From: Thermoleophilia bacterium
Lineage (GTDB): Bacteria > Actinomycetota > Thermoleophilia > Gaiellales > Gaiellaceae
Reading direction: 5' to 3'
Length of the DNA: 64,000 bases
Assembly (NCBI GenBank): GCA_025934995.1
Contig: JAICWC010000001.1
Coordinates: 759 to 64,758, forward strand
Within the stretch, counting starts at the first letter, position 1; every line of letters begins with the position of its first letter. The notes under the pieces were generated by a model. It searched no databases, was not told the DNA's origin, and saw only the letters and a program-made list of their open reading frames with translations. Below are positions 16,987 to 28,760 of the stretch, piece after piece. The translations under genes were made by a program, and so were the position numbers.

Positions 16987-18114
16987 CTAGGCCGGAAGCA
17001 GTTCGCGAAGCGGCGTGTAGTCGAGGTCGTGCGCCTCGGCCACCGGCTCGTACGTGATCCTGCCTTCGAGCACGTTGACGCCCTTTGCGAGCGCCTTGTC
17101 GCGCGCCACAGCGTCGGCGAGCCCGTGCTCTGCGATCGCCTCGACGTACGGAAGCGTCGCGTTCGTCAGCGCCTTCGTGGACGTGATCGGCACGCCGCCG
17201 GGCATGTTCGCCACGCAGTAATGGAGCACGCCGTCGACCTCGTACACCGGGTCGCTGTGCGTGGTCGCATGCGCGGTTTCGACGCAGCCGCCCTGGTCGA
17301 TGGCGACGTCGACGATCACGGCGCCGTTCTTCATCGCGCCGAGCATGTCCCGCGTGACGAGCTTCGGTGCGCGAGCACCCGGAACGAGCACCGCGCCGAT
17401 CACGAGATCGGCGTCGCCGATCATCGACTCGATCTGGAGCGTCGTCGACATGACGGTGCTGACGCGGCCCGAGAGGATCTCGTCGAGATAGCGCATGCGG
17501 TCGATCGACTTGTCCAGGATGGTCACCTGGGCGCCCAGGCCGATCGCGATGACCGCCGCGTTGTAGCCCACGACGCCGCCGCCGAGCACCAGCACTTTCC
17601 CCGGCTGGACGCCGGGCACGCCGCCGAGCAGCAGCCCGCGGCCCCCGAGGGGCTTTTCGAGGAAGTACGCACCCGCCTGGGCGGCGAGCCGTCCGGCGAT
17701 CTCGCTCATCGGCGCGAGCAGCGGCAGACGGCGATCGTCCGTCTCGACCGTCTCGTAGGCGACCGCCTTGATCCCGCTGTCGACGAGCGCGCGCGTGAGC
17801 GGCTCGTCCGCGGCGATGTGCAGGTACGTGAAGAGGACGAGCCCCTCGCGGAGCCGGGAATACTCGGCCTCGATCGGCTCCTTCACCTTGAGCAGCAGCT
17901 CGGCGCTCGACCAGACGTCGTCGACCGACGCAATCGTCGCTCCGGCGCGCTCGTAGTCGGCGTCGGACATCGCGCTGCCGTCGCCCGCGCTCGTCTCGAC
18001 CAACACGTCGTGCCCGCGCTGGACGAGCTCGCGCGCGCCGGCGGGCGTCAGCGCCACCCGGTATTCGTCGGTCTTGATCTCCTTGGCGACGCCGATCCGC
18101 ACGGCGCGGGACAA
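16987..18114 (-). CDS. ald: alanine dehydrogenase
   Basis: [30 protein letters not shown] and [10 protein letters not shown]. The start codon reads TTG. Confidence 0.95.
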   Translation of the reverse strand: MSRAVRIGVAKEIKTDEYRVALTPAGARELVQRGHDVLVETSAGDGSAMSDADYERAGATIASVDDVWSSAELLLKVKEPIEAEYSRLREGLVLFTYLHIAADEPLTRALVDSGIKAVAYETVETDDRRLPLLAPMSEIAGRLAAQAGAYFLEKPLGGRGLLLGGVPGVQPGKVLVLGGGVVGYNAAVIAIGLGAQVTILDKSIDRMRYLDEILSGRVSTVMSTTLQIESMIGDADLVIGAVLVPGARAPKLVTRDMLGAMKNGAVIVDVAIDQGGCVETAHATTHSDPVYEVDGVLHYCVANMPGGVPITSTKALTNATLPYVEAIAEHGLADAVARDKALAKGVNVLEGRITYEPVAEAHDLDYTPLRELLPA

Positions 18115-18122
18115 TACCTCTA

Positions 18123-18527
18123 ATGACCCTGCTCGTCGCAGCGGTGATCGCGCTCGCCCCGCTTCCGGGCGTCGTCACGCCGACCGGGAACATCCACTGC
18201 TTCTACATGCCGGCGAAGCCTGCCCACCTGCTCTGCGACATCCACCGGGCGGCCTACGCGTCGCGCGAGCAGGCGCGGTGCGGCACACGTGCGGGCCTCG
18301 ATTGGCACGGCTGGGAGGTCGACGCGCGGAGGCCGGCGACGACGGTCTGCTCCGGCGGCATCCTCTACAACTCGAACGCGGACGAACCCGTGTACCGTCG
18401 ACTCGCCTACGGACGCGCCTGGCGCTTTGCCGCCTTCACGTGCGTGTCGCGCCGGAGCGGCCTGACCTGCCGGACGTCGAGCGGTCACGGCCTCTTCGTG
18501 TCGTTCGCCTCCTGGAGGGCCTGGTAG
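18123..18527 (+). CDS. secreted Cys-rich hypothetical protein
   Basis: Has an N-terminal hydrophobic leader, then TPTGNIHC...LLCDI...C...C...FTCVSRRSGLTCRTSSGHGLFVS. This pattern resembles small actinobacterial exported proteins. Confidence 0.55.
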   Translation: MTLLVAAVIALAPLPGVVTPTGNIHCFYMPAKPAHLLCDIHRAAYASREQARCGTRAGLDWHGWEVDARRPATTVCSGGILYNSNADEPVYRRLAYGRAWRFAAFTCVSRRSGLTCRTSSGHGLFVSFASWRAW

Positions 18528-18958
18528 AGCAGCAGCCCGGCGAGCGTCTTGAGGTCCTCGATCTCGCTCAGCAAGGCCGGAATCTCGCTCACCGGCCGGC
18601 GCACGATGCGAACGTCTTCGCCCTCCTCCGGCTCGGCCTCGCCCTCCTCGAGCCCGGTGGCGACGAAGAGCGTCATGTGCTCGCGGACGAAGCCCGGCGT
18701 GGTCCACGCACCCGCGACCTCCCGCCACTCTCCGCCGTGCAGCCCGCACTCTTCCTGCAGCTCCCGCTGCGCGGTCTCGAGCGGCTCCTCCCCATCCTCG
18801 CGAACGCCGGCCGGCAGCTCGAGCAGCCTCTTTCGAGCAGGCCGGCGGTACTGCTCCACGAGCACGACGCGGTCCTGGTTGTCGACCGCGACGATCGCGA
18901 CCGAGCCGGGATGCACGACGATCTGCTTCCCGTTCTCCTCGACGAGCTCTACGAGCAC
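18485..18958 (-). CDS. NUDIX hydrolase (ADP-ribose pyrophosphatase-like)
   Basis: 3' part of ORF 18485..19924. Nudix box: GVREDGEEPLETAQRELQEECG. GTG 18958 is the chosen start; an upstream GTG near 19000 is possible. Confidence 0.7.
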   Translation of the reverse strand: MLVELVEENGKQIVVHPGSVAIVAVDNQDRVVLVEQYRRPARKRLLELPAGVREDGEEPLETAQRELQEECGLHGGEWREVAGAWTTPGFVREHMTLFVATGLEEGEAEPEEGEDVRIVRRPVSEIPALLSEIEDLKTLAGLLLYQALQEANDTKRP

Positions 18959-19692
18959 AGCTCCTCCACGAACGCGCGCTGCTCGGGTGTGAACCACGGC
19001 GGCTCGCCCGCACGTGCGTTCTCCGCAGTCCGCTCGGGCTTCGAGGTGGCTGGGATGACGACGTCGACGCGTTCGTCGGAGAGCGCCCACTTGAGGAGCG
19101 CCTGGGGCCACGTCTCGACGCCGAGCTGCTCGAGCGCCGAAGGGTCGACGCGCTTCCGGGCGAGCGCACCTTCGGCGAGCGGCCGCATGACGATCACGGC
19201 GACACCGAGCTCCGCGGCGAGTGGGAGAAGCTCGTCTTCGACTTCGCGTTCGTGCGGGTTGTACGGCAACTGCACGACATCGAAGCGCTTCGTGCGCAAC
19301 GCTTCGGCCAGCTCGGGAAACGCGCCGGACGCGTAGTGCGTGACCCCGAGCTTCCCGTCGTGCGCCGCTTCGAGCCACTCCAGATGCTCGCGCCAAGCCA
19401 CGAGGTTGTGTATCTGCTCGATGTCGACGCGCCCGAACCATTCGAGCTGGCGGCGGTACTGCTCCTGCCCTTCGTCGACGGTCGGCGCCCAGATCTTCGT
19501 CGCGACGACGCCGCGGCGCTGCAACGCCCGGCCGAGCGACTGCTCGGCGCCGCGGTACATCGGCGACGAGTCGAACAGCCGCACGCCGGCGTCGAGCGCC
19601 GCGTCGACAACCTGCTGCGCGAGCGGCGCGTCGCCGCCGAACGTGTTCCACGTTCCCAGTCCGACGACCGGGCCGAGCCGGCGCTCCTCCAT
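18949..19692 (-). CDS. aldo/keto reductase
   Basis: Internal ATG 19692 (MEERRLGPVVGLGTWNTFG), LFDSSPMYRGAEQSLG and VIPATSKPER. The start overlaps the M20 stop by 1 nt. Confidence 0.85.
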   Translation of the reverse strand: MEERRLGPVVGLGTWNTFGGDAPLAQQVVDAALDAGVRLFDSSPMYRGAEQSLGRALQRRGVVATKIWAPTVDEGQEQYRRQLEWFGRVDIEQIHNLVAWREHLEWLEAAHDGKLGVTHYASGAFPELAEALRTKRFDVVQLPYNPHEREVEDELLPLAAELGVAVIVMRPLAEGALARKRVDPSALEQLGVETWPQALLKWALSDERVDVVIPATSKPERTAENARAGEPPWFTPEQRAFVEELCS

Positions 19693-20801
19693 CAACCCTC
19701 GAGCGCCTGCTCGACGAGCGCGAGCGTGACGTCGACCATCGCTTCGAGGTCGGCAACCGAAATGTGCTCGTTCGGCGTGTGGATGTCGGCCATCCCGTTC
19801 GCGAGATTGACGCAACGCCTTCCGTGCTCGTTGAAGACGTTCGCGTCGGCGCCACCGCCCGACAGCGCGTACGAGACGTCATGGCCGCACGCCGACAGCG
19901 CCTGCGCCGCGAGCCGAACGGCATCGTCGCTCTGCTTGAAGCGATAGCCCAGATAGCTCTTGCGCAACTCGGTCTCGACCTCGCAGTCGGTCGACGTCGC
20001 CGCGAAGCTGAACGCGTCGAGCATCTCCTGGACGAAATCGCGCAGCTTGTCCTCGTCCTGGCATCGTGCCTCGGCGAGGAACGTGCACCACTCCGGGACG
20101 ATGTTGCCGGCGGTGCCGCCTTCGATCACACCGACGTTCGCCGTCGTCACCTCGTCGACCCGGCCGAGGCGCAGGTCGGCGATCGCCCGCGCCGCAGCCT
20201 GGATCGCGGAGCGTCCCTCCTCGGGGAACATCCCCGAGTGCGAGGCGCGCCCGTGGAAGCGCACCTGCATCGATTGCGACCACGGCGCGCCGAGGATGAT
20301 CTCGCCGATCGGCGCGGCCTGGTCGTAGACGTAGCCGACGTCGGCGTGCAGGCGGCTCTGGTCGAACGCATACGCGCCGATCAGGCCGACCTCTTCCATC
20401 GGGGTGAAGAGAAGCTCGATGCCGGCGTGCGGCCGGTTCTCCGCGAGGACGCGCCTCGTTCCCTCGAGCATCGCGGCGACCGCGGACTTGTTGTCGGCGC
20501 CGAGGATCGTGCCGCCCGCGTTCCGCACGACGCCTTCGTCGATGACGGGCTCGAGCGGCCCGGACGGCGGAACGGTGTCGAGATGCGCGCAGAAGAAGAG
20601 GGGCGTTCCAGGGGCGGTCGCCTCGATCCTCACGTAGACGTTCCCCATCGTCGAGCCGATGCGTGCGCCGCAGTCGTCCTCGTCCGGGCTGAGGCCGAGC
20701 TCGGTCAGATAGCGCAGGACGACCTCGGCTGCGGCGCGCTCCTCGCCCGGCGGCGTGGGCAGAGCGGCGAGCTCGAGGAACAGATCGACGACCTCGGACA
20801 C
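19692..20801 (-). CDS. M20/M25/M40 family metallopeptidase (PepT-like)
   Basis: CAHLDTVP, GADNKSAVAAMLE, TPMEEVGLIGA and ANGMADIHTPNEH. Confidence 0.85.
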   Translation of the reverse strand: MSEVVDLFLELAALPTPPGEERAAAEVVLRYLTELGLSPDEDDCGARIGSTMGNVYVRIEATAPGTPLFFCAHLDTVPPSGPLEPVIDEGVVRNAGGTILGADNKSAVAAMLEGTRRVLAENRPHAGIELLFTPMEEVGLIGAYAFDQSRLHADVGYVYDQAAPIGEIILGAPWSQSMQVRFHGRASHSGMFPEEGRSAIQAAARAIADLRLGRVDEVTTANVGVIEGGTAGNIVPEWCTFLAEARCQDEDKLRDFVQEMLDAFSFAATSTDCEVETELRKSYLGYRFKQSDDAVRLAAQALSACGHDVSYALSGGGADANVFNEHGRRCVNLANGMADIHTPNEHISVADLEAMVDVTLALVEQALEG

Positions 20802-20826
20802 GGACGGTGATCGTAGAATCAGGGAC

Positions 20827-21180
20827 GTGACCGGGGTCGCAGAGGGGCTGATTCAGACTGCGCTGCTGGGCGAGGCCGTCGACGCGGGCCCCGCGCTCGT
20901 CTTCGTCGCCGACGAGGACATGAAGTACCTCGCTGTCAGCCGATCTGCATGCGAGGCGCTCGGTTATTCGCGCGAAGAGCTCCTGAAGCTGCGCGTGACC
21001 GACGTCGCCCGCGAGCAGTCGGTTCCGCAGGAGTACGACGAGATGCTGGCCCGCGGGGCGCGAGACGGCGTCGCCACCTTGACCCGGAAGGACGGGTCGA
21101 CCCTCACGCTCCGCTACCGCGCGACCAAGACCACCGTCGCCGGTCTGCACCTGTTCGTCTCGATCGGATTCGTCGAGTAA
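20827..21180 (+). CDS. stand-alone PAS domain protein
   Basis: GTG 20827 within ORF 20755..21180. PALVFVADEDMKYLAVSRSACEALGYSREELLKLRVTDV...GVATLTRKDGSTLTLRYRA fits a PAS fold. Confidence 0.65.
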   Translation: MTGVAEGLIQTALLGEAVDAGPALVFVADEDMKYLAVSRSACEALGYSREELLKLRVTDVAREQSVPQEYDEMLARGARDGVATLTRKDGSTLTLRYRATKTTVAGLHLFVSIGFVE

Positions 21181-21184
21181 GGCG

Positions 21185-21790
21185 TCAGGGAGTGACGGTG
21201 GCCTCGAGGAGCCGCCAGCGCTGCCCGGTGCCCTCGCGAACCGCCGTGACGAACATGCCGAGCCGGCCCTTGCGGCCACGTGGGCTGTACGCGACGACGA
21301 GCATCTGGTGCAGCCTGTGGTCGCGCAGGTCGAACGCGGGCGGCGGCCAGCGTCTCAGCGCCGTCACGTTGCCGTGCGGGACCGTGCGGACCCACCACCG
21401 CACGACGGCTTCCGGCGTCTTGAACGACGGCCGCTTCATCGTGCCGGGCTCGTAGACGCGAAGCCGTTCGTCAGCACGAACGTGGAGCGATCCGACGCGC
21501 AGCTCGATCGCGTACACGCCGCGCAGCGCAGGAGCCGGCAGGCGGCCGCGCCACACGTTTCGCTGCAAGGTCAACTTCGTCCACGGAAGCTGCTTGCCGA
21601 GCTCGGTCGTCGCGCCGACGACCCGAACGTCGAGTGAGGACGACGTGATGCCGGTCACCCGGATCCAGGCGCGCTGGTGCAGCATCGTGACCCGTGGCTG
21701 CAACGTGAGCTGAGGCTGGGAGTCGGCGCTCACGAACGACGGGGCGAACGCGAGAACCACGATTCCGACCAGTAGTGCACACCGGAGCAC
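21185..21790 (-). CDS. secreted hypothetical protein
   Basis: Signal peptide MLRCALLVGIVVLAFAPSFVSA. Composition is protein-like and no family was recognised. Confidence 0.6.
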   Translation of the reverse strand: MLRCALLVGIVVLAFAPSFVSADSQPQLTLQPRVTMLHQRAWIRVTGITSSSLDVRVVGATTELGKQLPWTKLTLQRNVWRGRLPAPALRGVYAIELRVGSLHVRADERLRVYEPGTMKRPSFKTPEAVVRWWVRTVPHGNVTALRRWPPPAFDLRDHRLHQMLVVAYSPRGRKGRLGMFVTAVREGTGQRWRLLEATVTP

Positions 21791-21804
21791 GGTGTGCCTC
21801 CTTC

Positions 21805-23445
<1,641 letters not shown>

Positions 23446-23466
23446 GGGATGTCAAAGTAGCAAGCC

Positions 23467-23859
23467 TTGCGGATGCTCCGAGTCGCCGCCGTCGCCGTCG
23501 TCGAGGACGGCCGCCTCCTGCTCGTGAGCAAGCGCGCGGCTCCGGACGTCTTCTACCTCCCGGGCGGCAAGCCGGAAGCGGGCGAAAGCGCTGAAGAATG
23601 CGTCCGCCGCGAGGTGCGCGAAGAGCTCGGCGCCGACCTCGCCTCGCTCGAGTTCGATCACACGATCCATGCGCCCGCCGCGCTGGAGGGCGTGCCGATG
23701 GCGATGGACGTCTTCCGCGCCGAGCTCGTGGGCACGCCGAGCGCGGCCGCCGAGATCGCAGCGATCGCCTGGCATCGGCCCGGCGATCCGCTCCCCGGCC
23801 GGCTCGCGCCCGCGATCGAGGCCCTCTACGCCTCGGCGCCGGTCTGGATGAGGTCGTAG
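23467..23859 (+). CDS. NUDIX hydrolase (MutT-like)
   Basis: Nudix box: GGKPEAGESAEECVRREVREELG. Confidence 0.8.
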   Translation: MRMLRVAAVAVVEDGRLLLVSKRAAPDVFYLPGGKPEAGESAEECVRREVREELGADLASLEFDHTIHAPAALEGVPMAMDVFRAELVGTPSAAAEIAAIAWHRPGDPLPGRLAPAIEALYASAPVWMRS

Positions 23860-24242
23860 AGCCGTCCGAGGGCGAGCCGCGGGAACGACCGGGGCACCAT
23901 CAGGAACGGAGCGTCGATCGTCAGCCTCGCGCGCGTCCGCCCCTCGCGCGCCTCGAGCTCGATCTCGGCGTCGAGCCGCTGCCCGGTCAGCTGGAATGCC
24001 AGTCGCCGCATCGGCACGACGTCGAGGACGAGCAGGTTTCCGGCCGCGTCGGGCCGGCGGAGGAACGTCGGCCGGTCGGGCCCGAGCACCTGCCACCGCG
24101 CGCCGGGGGCGACGCCCCGGCGGTCGGGCTGCACGCCGGAGATCCCCGGCCACCAGTCGGGCAGGTGGAACGGCTCCGCGAGGAACGCCCAAACGTCCTC
24201 GACGGGCGCAAGGAGCGTGCGCTCAGCCGCGAACCGTGGCAA
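23826..24242 (-). CDS. SRPBCC (START/polyketide cyclase-like) family protein
   Basis: 3' part of ORF 23826..24335. TTG 24242 gives (M)PRFAAERTLLAPVEDVWAFLAEPFHLPDWWPG. Overlaps the recN 3' end by about 20 nt. Confidence 0.6.
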   Translation of the reverse strand: MPRFAAERTLLAPVEDVWAFLAEPFHLPDWWPGISGVQPDRRGVAPGARWQVLGPDRPTFLRRPDAAGNLLVLDVVPMRRLAFQLTGQRLDAEIELEAREGRTRARLTIDAPFLMVPRSFPRLALGRLYDLIQTGAEA

Positions 24243-25809
24243 GGAACTCCTGCCCGCCGAGCATCCGCTCGAGCTCCGCCTTCCGCTCGAGGTCGCCGAG
24301 CTCCTCGATCCGTGTGTGCGTCGGGTCGCCCGCAACCTTCTCGACGCGGAAGTGCCGGTCGGCGAGGGCTGCGATCTGGGGCAGGTGCGTGATCGTGATC
24401 ACCTGCGCGCGCTGCGCAAGCCGCTGGAGCACCCGGCCGACCGCGTGCGCCGTCTCGCCGCCGATGCCGGCGTCGATCTCGTCGAAGACCATCGTGTCGC
24501 CGCCTGCGACGACTGCGAGCGCGAGCGCGATGCGGCTCAGCTCGCCGCCCGACGCGGTCTCGGCCGCCGGTGCGAACGGCAGCCCGGCGTTCGGCCGCAC
24601 GAGAAACACCGCCTCGTCGCAGCCGGTGATTCCGAGCTCTCGCTCAGCCAGCTCGCACCGCAGCTCGCCGTCACCCATCCCGACGTCGCGCAGCTCAGCC
24701 GACACGGCGGCCGCGAACGAGTCGAGCGCCGCGGTGCGCGCCGCGCGCAGCCCCGCTGCAATCTCGTCCATCCGGGTTTCGGCGGCCGCGAGCCCGGCGG
24801 CTGCGGCGTCGACGGGGTCGACGCCGCCGTCGAGCGAAGCGAGCTCGACGCGAGCCTCCTCGGCGCGGCCGATCAGCTCGTCGTAGGTGTGGCAGCGGAA
24901 CCGCCGCTTCGCCTCGGCGATCCGGTCGAGCATCGCCTCGAGCCCCTCGAGTCGCGCCGGATCGCCTTCGAGCGACGCGAGGAAGGAGTGGAGCTCGGAC
25001 GCCGTCTCGCGCAGGCGGAGCTCGACGTCGCGCAGGTCGTCGCCGGCGCGCTTCAACTCGGGTGCAAGCGATTCGAGCGGCGCAACGGCCCGCTCGGCGA
25101 CGGCGACGAGGCCGGCAGCGCCTTCGCCGTCGTCGGGCGCAAGCGCTGCCGCTGCAGCCGCGGCTCCCTCCGCGAGCTCCGCGACGTGCCTGAAGCGCTC
25201 GCGCTCGGCGCGCAGCGCGTCCTCTGCACCCGGCTCGAGACCGTCCGTGTCCTCGACGAGCGCGCGCAGCTCTGCCAGGCGCGCCTCCGCAAATGCCGCG
25301 TTCGCCGTCAGCTCGTCGTACCGCTTCCGCGCGGACGCGAGCTCGCGCCACGCTGCCCGTGCCGGTTCCCGGTCGATCCCCGCGAAGCGGTCGAGCAGCT
25401 CGAGCTGATACGACGGCCGCGCCAGCCGCCGCTGCTGGAACTGGCCCGACATCGCCACCACGGCCTCGACGGCGTCGGCGACGTCCTCGCGCGCGGCGGC
25501 GCGCCCCCAGGCGTACGCGCGCGTCCGCCCGTCGCCGAAGACGCGGCGCGCGACGAGCAGCGCGTCCTCCCCCTCCGGCCGCAGATCCCCGAGCGCATCG
25601 GAATCGAGCTCGGCTTCGACGTAGGCCTCGGCGGCATGCGGGCCGACGAAGCCGTCGTCGCCCTTCGCCCCCAGCAGGAGGCCGACCGCCTGCGCGAAGA
25701 TCGTCTTGCCGGCGCCCGTCTCGCCCGTGATCACGTTCAGGCCGGGCGCGAAGTCGAGCGCCGCCTCCCGGATGAGGACGAGGTTCTCGATACGAAGCCG
25801 ACGGAGCAC
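24223..25809 (-). CDS. recN: DNA repair protein RecN
   Basis: LRIENLVLI...LNVITGETGAGKTI, a coiled-coil middle region, and the C-terminal SGGELSRIALAL and FDEIDAGIGG. Confidence 0.95.
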   Translation of the reverse strand: MLRRLRIENLVLIREAALDFAPGLNVITGETGAGKTIFAQAVGLLLGAKGDDGFVGPHAAEAYVEAELDSDALGDLRPEGEDALLVARRVFGDGRTRAYAWGRAAAREDVADAVEAVVAMSGQFQQRRLARPSYQLELLDRFAGIDREPARAAWRELASARKRYDELTANAAFAEARLAELRALVEDTDGLEPGAEDALRAERERFRHVAELAEGAAAAAAALAPDDGEGAAGLVAVAERAVAPLESLAPELKRAGDDLRDVELRLRETASELHSFLASLEGDPARLEGLEAMLDRIAEAKRRFRCHTYDELIGRAEEARVELASLDGGVDPVDAAAAGLAAAETRMDEIAAGLRAARTAALDSFAAAVSAELRDVGMGDGELRCELAERELGITGCDEAVFLVRPNAGLPFAPAAETASGGELSRIALALAVVAGGDTMVFDEIDAGIGGETAHAVGRVLQRLAQRAQVITITHLPQIAALADRHFRVEKVAGDPTHTRIEELGDLERKAELERMLGGQEFLATVRG

Positions 25810-25830
25810 AGACGGAAGGCTAGAGACGGC

Positions 25831-26643
25831 CTAGGACGCGAATGTCTCGCGATAGCGCCGGAAGAACGACGTCTCCGGCAACGTCGCGAGCAGGGTCCGC
25901 GCCTCGCACAGGTAGACGTCGGCCGCCGCGCCGGGGGCGATCTCGGCCGTATGGTGGCCGTCCACGAGGAGCGCGCAGGCGACGTCGGCCGTCTGGTTCC
26001 TGATCGTCAGCGTCCGGCCGCGCGGGACGACCATCGGCCGCGCGTGCAGCGAGTGCGGGGCGATGAACGTGATCGACATCGCATCGAGCCCGCGCACGAG
26101 GACCGGGCCGCCGTTCGAGAGGTTGTAGGCGGTCGAGCCGGACGGCGTCGCGCAGATCATCCCGTCGCACGGCACGACACCCAGGTCCTCCCCGCCGATC
26201 GACCATCCGAGCTCGACCATCCGGCCGAGCGTCGAGCTCGTCGCGACGACGTCGTTGACTGCGACGTGCGTCTCTCCGCCGAGCGCCACTTCCAGCGTCG
26301 GCAGCTCGTCGACCTTGTACTCGCCGGCGAACACGCGCTGGAGGCCGTCCTCCAAGTCCGCGGGCGAGATGGACGCGAGGAAGCCGACGCGGCCGAAGTT
26401 GACGCCGATCACCGGCACGCCGCTGCCGAGCAGATGCGCGAGCGTGCGCAGGATCGTTCCGTCGCCGCCGAGCGCGACGGCGAGCTCGGCGTCGCGCGGC
26501 TCCTCGACGACCGTCACGCCTGCGCTCTCCGCGACGGCGCGAACGCGTTCGACGGCGTCGTTGACGTCGACCCGGCCGTGCGCGACGATCGCCGCCGAGC
26601 TAACCGGCTGCGACTGCTGCTGCGATTCGCTCGTCGAGGTCAT
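25831..26643 (-). CDS. nadK: NAD kinase
   Basis: LGGDGTILR, PVIGVNFGRVGFL and TPSGSTAYNLSNGGP. Confidence 0.9.
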   Translation of the reverse strand: MTSTSESQQQSQPVSSAAIVAHGRVDVNDAVERVRAVAESAGVTVVEEPRDAELAVALGGDGTILRTLAHLLGSGVPVIGVNFGRVGFLASISPADLEDGLQRVFAGEYKVDELPTLEVALGGETHVAVNDVVATSSTLGRMVELGWSIGGEDLGVVPCDGMICATPSGSTAYNLSNGGPVLVRGLDAMSITFIAPHSLHARPMVVPRGRTLTIRNQTADVACALLVDGHHTAEIAPGAAADVYLCEARTLLATLPETSFFRRYRETFAS

Positions 26644-27370
26644 CGGGGAGGGTCGGGGTCTTCGACTGCACGAGGTGGAGGAAGAACTCCCGGTTTCCCT
26701 TCGGGCCGGGAAGACCGGAGTCTACGACGCCGACGACGCTCGACCCCCAGGCGAGCGCGGCATCGGCGACCTCGCGGAGAACGCGTGCGCGCGTTCCCGG
26801 CTCACGCACGACGCCGCCCTTGCCGACGTCCGACCTCCCGGCCTCGAACTGCGGCTTCACGAGCACGACGGCCTGCCAGCCGGGGGCGGCGAGTCGCAGT
26901 GCCGGCGGCAGTGCGATGCGCACCGAGATGAAGGAGACGTCGCACACGACGAGCTGCGGCGCGAACGGCAGCTCTGTCAGCTCACGCGCGTTCACCTGTT
27001 CCATGACGATCACGCGGTCGTCGCCGCGCAGCTTCTCGTGCAGCTGGTGCGTTCCCACGTCGACCGCGATCACGCGCGTTGCGCCGCGCTGCAGCAGGAC
27101 GTCGGTGAAGCCTCCCGTCGACGCACCGACGTCGAGGCAGTCGAGCCCCGACGGATCGACCCGGAGCCGGTCGAGCCCGTGCGCGAGCTTCTCACCGCCG
27201 CGCGAGACGTACGGCTGCTTTCCCCTCACCGTCAGCTCGATGCTCTCGTCGACCTGGGTGCCGGGCTTGTCGTAGCCGGGGACGAGGCCGGCCATGACGA
27301 GGGCCTGCGCCTGCGTGCGCGATTCGGCGAGCCCGCGCTCGACGAGCAGGACGTCGACCCGCTTCTTCAT
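26600..27370 (-). CDS. tlyA: TlyA family rRNA (cytidine-2'-O)-methyltransferase
   Basis: ATG 27370 (MKKRVDVLLVERGLAESRTQAQALV, an S4-like domain), CLDVGASTGGFTDVLL and KPQFE. The ATGA overlaps the upstream gene's stop. Confidence 0.9.
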   Translation of the reverse strand: MKKRVDVLLVERGLAESRTQAQALVMAGLVPGYDKPGTQVDESIELTVRGKQPYVSRGGEKLAHGLDRLRVDPSGLDCLDVGASTGGFTDVLLQRGATRVIAVDVGTHQLHEKLRGDDRVIVMEQVNARELTELPFAPQLVVCDVSFISVRIALPPALRLAAPGWQAVVLVKPQFEAGRSDVGKGGVVREPGTRARVLREVADAALAWGSSVVGVVDSGLPGPKGNREFFLHLVQSKTPTLPDDLDERIAAAVAAG

Positions 27371-28029
27371 CGCGTCGAGCAGACGTAACGGGCGTACACG
27401 CGCGACTCGGAGTGCCAGGCCTCGTCGATCCGAAAGCCGGCGCGCTCGAACATCGCCTCGAGCAACCATGAGAACGTGCTGAACTCCGTGCCGACGTGCG
27501 TCTCCAATTCGGCGCGCGTCCAGCCGTCGGCAGCGTCGGCGGCGGCAGTGGCGTACCACGCCTCGAGCGCGTCGTCGGCTTCCGCCGGCTCGAACGAGTA
27601 GACGAGATCGCGGAGGACGAGGACGCCGCCGGGCGGAAGGATCCGCGCGATGCGGAAAAGCGCGACCGCCTTCCAGAAGTCGGGCAGGTGGTGCAGCGCA
27701 TTGCGTGAGTAGACGAAGCCGGGCGCGTCTCCCGCGTGCTCGTAGGTCAGGAAGCCTGCTTCGACGCACTCGAGCCCACGGCCTCGCGCGCGTTCGAGCA
27801 TCGCCGGCGACGGGTCCACGGCGACGACGCGTCGTGCGAGTGGTGCGACCGCCTGCGCGAAGAGGCCGGTTCCCGCGCCGAGATCGATCACCGTGGAACC
27901 GCCGTCCAGGCCGAGGCGCTGCAGCAGCTCCACGTCCTCGCCGACGTCGAAGCCGGCCTTGCGGTCGTAGCCCGCGACGTACGACGGATCGAGATGCTCC
28001 GCGCCGGCCAGGTCGCGCTCGTCGATCAC
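27367..28029 (-). CDS. class I SAM-dependent methyltransferase
   Basis: GTG 28029 (GTGA overlap with the upstream stop). VIDLGAGTGLFA is motif I, followed by VVAVDPSPAML. Confidence 0.8.
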   Translation of the reverse strand: MIDERDLAGAEHLDPSYVAGYDRKAGFDVGEDVELLQRLGLDGGSTVIDLGAGTGLFAQAVAPLARRVVAVDPSPAMLERARGRGLECVEAGFLTYEHAGDAPGFVYSRNALHHLPDFWKAVALFRIARILPPGGVLVLRDLVYSFEPAEADDALEAWYATAAADAADGWTRAELETHVGTEFSTFSWLLEAMFERAGFRIDEAWHSESRVYARYVCSTR

Positions 28030-28760
28030 GGGGCGATCCCCCACCGCGCGTCGAAGACGTCGCCCGGCTCGAGTCGGATCACGTCCTCGCCGGTGCGAAA
28101 CGCGTCCTTGCGGCACGTCATCGGCTCGACGGCGATCGCCCGCCGCGCGACGTCCGGCCGCGTGTCGCCGGTGTAGAGCTGCACCCACTTCCAGTTCGCG
28201 TCCCCCCACACGGTGACGTCCCCGATCCCGATCTCGCCGCCGAAGCGCTCGGCATCGTCACGCTCCACGCCCGGGCCGAAGACGTCGTCGGCATGGCGTG
28301 CGATGTACGGGTGGAAGCCGGCGCCGAACGGCGCTGCACGGTTGCCGACGTTTTCCGCGACGCACCGCACCGCGAGCCCGTCGTCGCCGAGCTCGTACTC
28401 GATGCGCGATCGCACGGCGAACGGATAGCCCGGCGAAGGCGGCAGCAGGCACTGCAGCGCAACACGTGTCGACGTCCGCTCGACTGCCTCCCATGGGAGC
28501 CAGCGAACGAGACCGTGGATCGCGTACGGCGGCTCGTTGAGCGGCAGCTGATACGACTCGCCGTCCCAGTCGTATTGCCCGTCCTGCACCCGGTTCGGCC
28601 ATGGGATCAGCACCTGACCGCGGCCAGAGTGCGCCATCTCGTCCGCGGCGTAGCCGTCGAGGACGCCCGCCCACTCGCGCAGCCCGGCGCCGACCTCGGT
28701 CACGAATACGCGCGTCGAGCGGTGACGCAGCTCGAACTGCGCTCCCGACGGCGGAATCAC
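28026..28760 (-). CDS. aldose 1-epimerase family protein
   Basis: GTG 28760 (GTGA overlap). LIPWPNRV, HGLVR and GFHPY are typical mutarotase-fold blocks. Confidence 0.75.
   Translation of the reverse strand: MIPPSGAQFELRHRSTRVFVTEVGAGLREWAGVLDGYAADEMAHSGRGQVLIPWPNRVQDGQYDWDGESYQLPLNEPPYAIHGLVRWLPWEAVERTSTRVALQCLLPPSPGYPFAVRSRIEYELGDDGLAVRCVAENVGNRAAPFGAGFHPYIARHADDVFGPGVERDDAERFGGEIGIGDVTVWGDANWKWVQLYTGDTRPDVARRAIAVEPMTCRKDAFRTGEDVIRLEPGDVFDARWGIAP

Noticed and set aside
24217-26931. 904-aa plus-strand ORF, the longest in the track
   Set aside because: It is antisense to recN, nadK and tlyA, which are all clearly real. The product is dominated by Arg/Ala/Glu/Asp/Leu without any domain signature.
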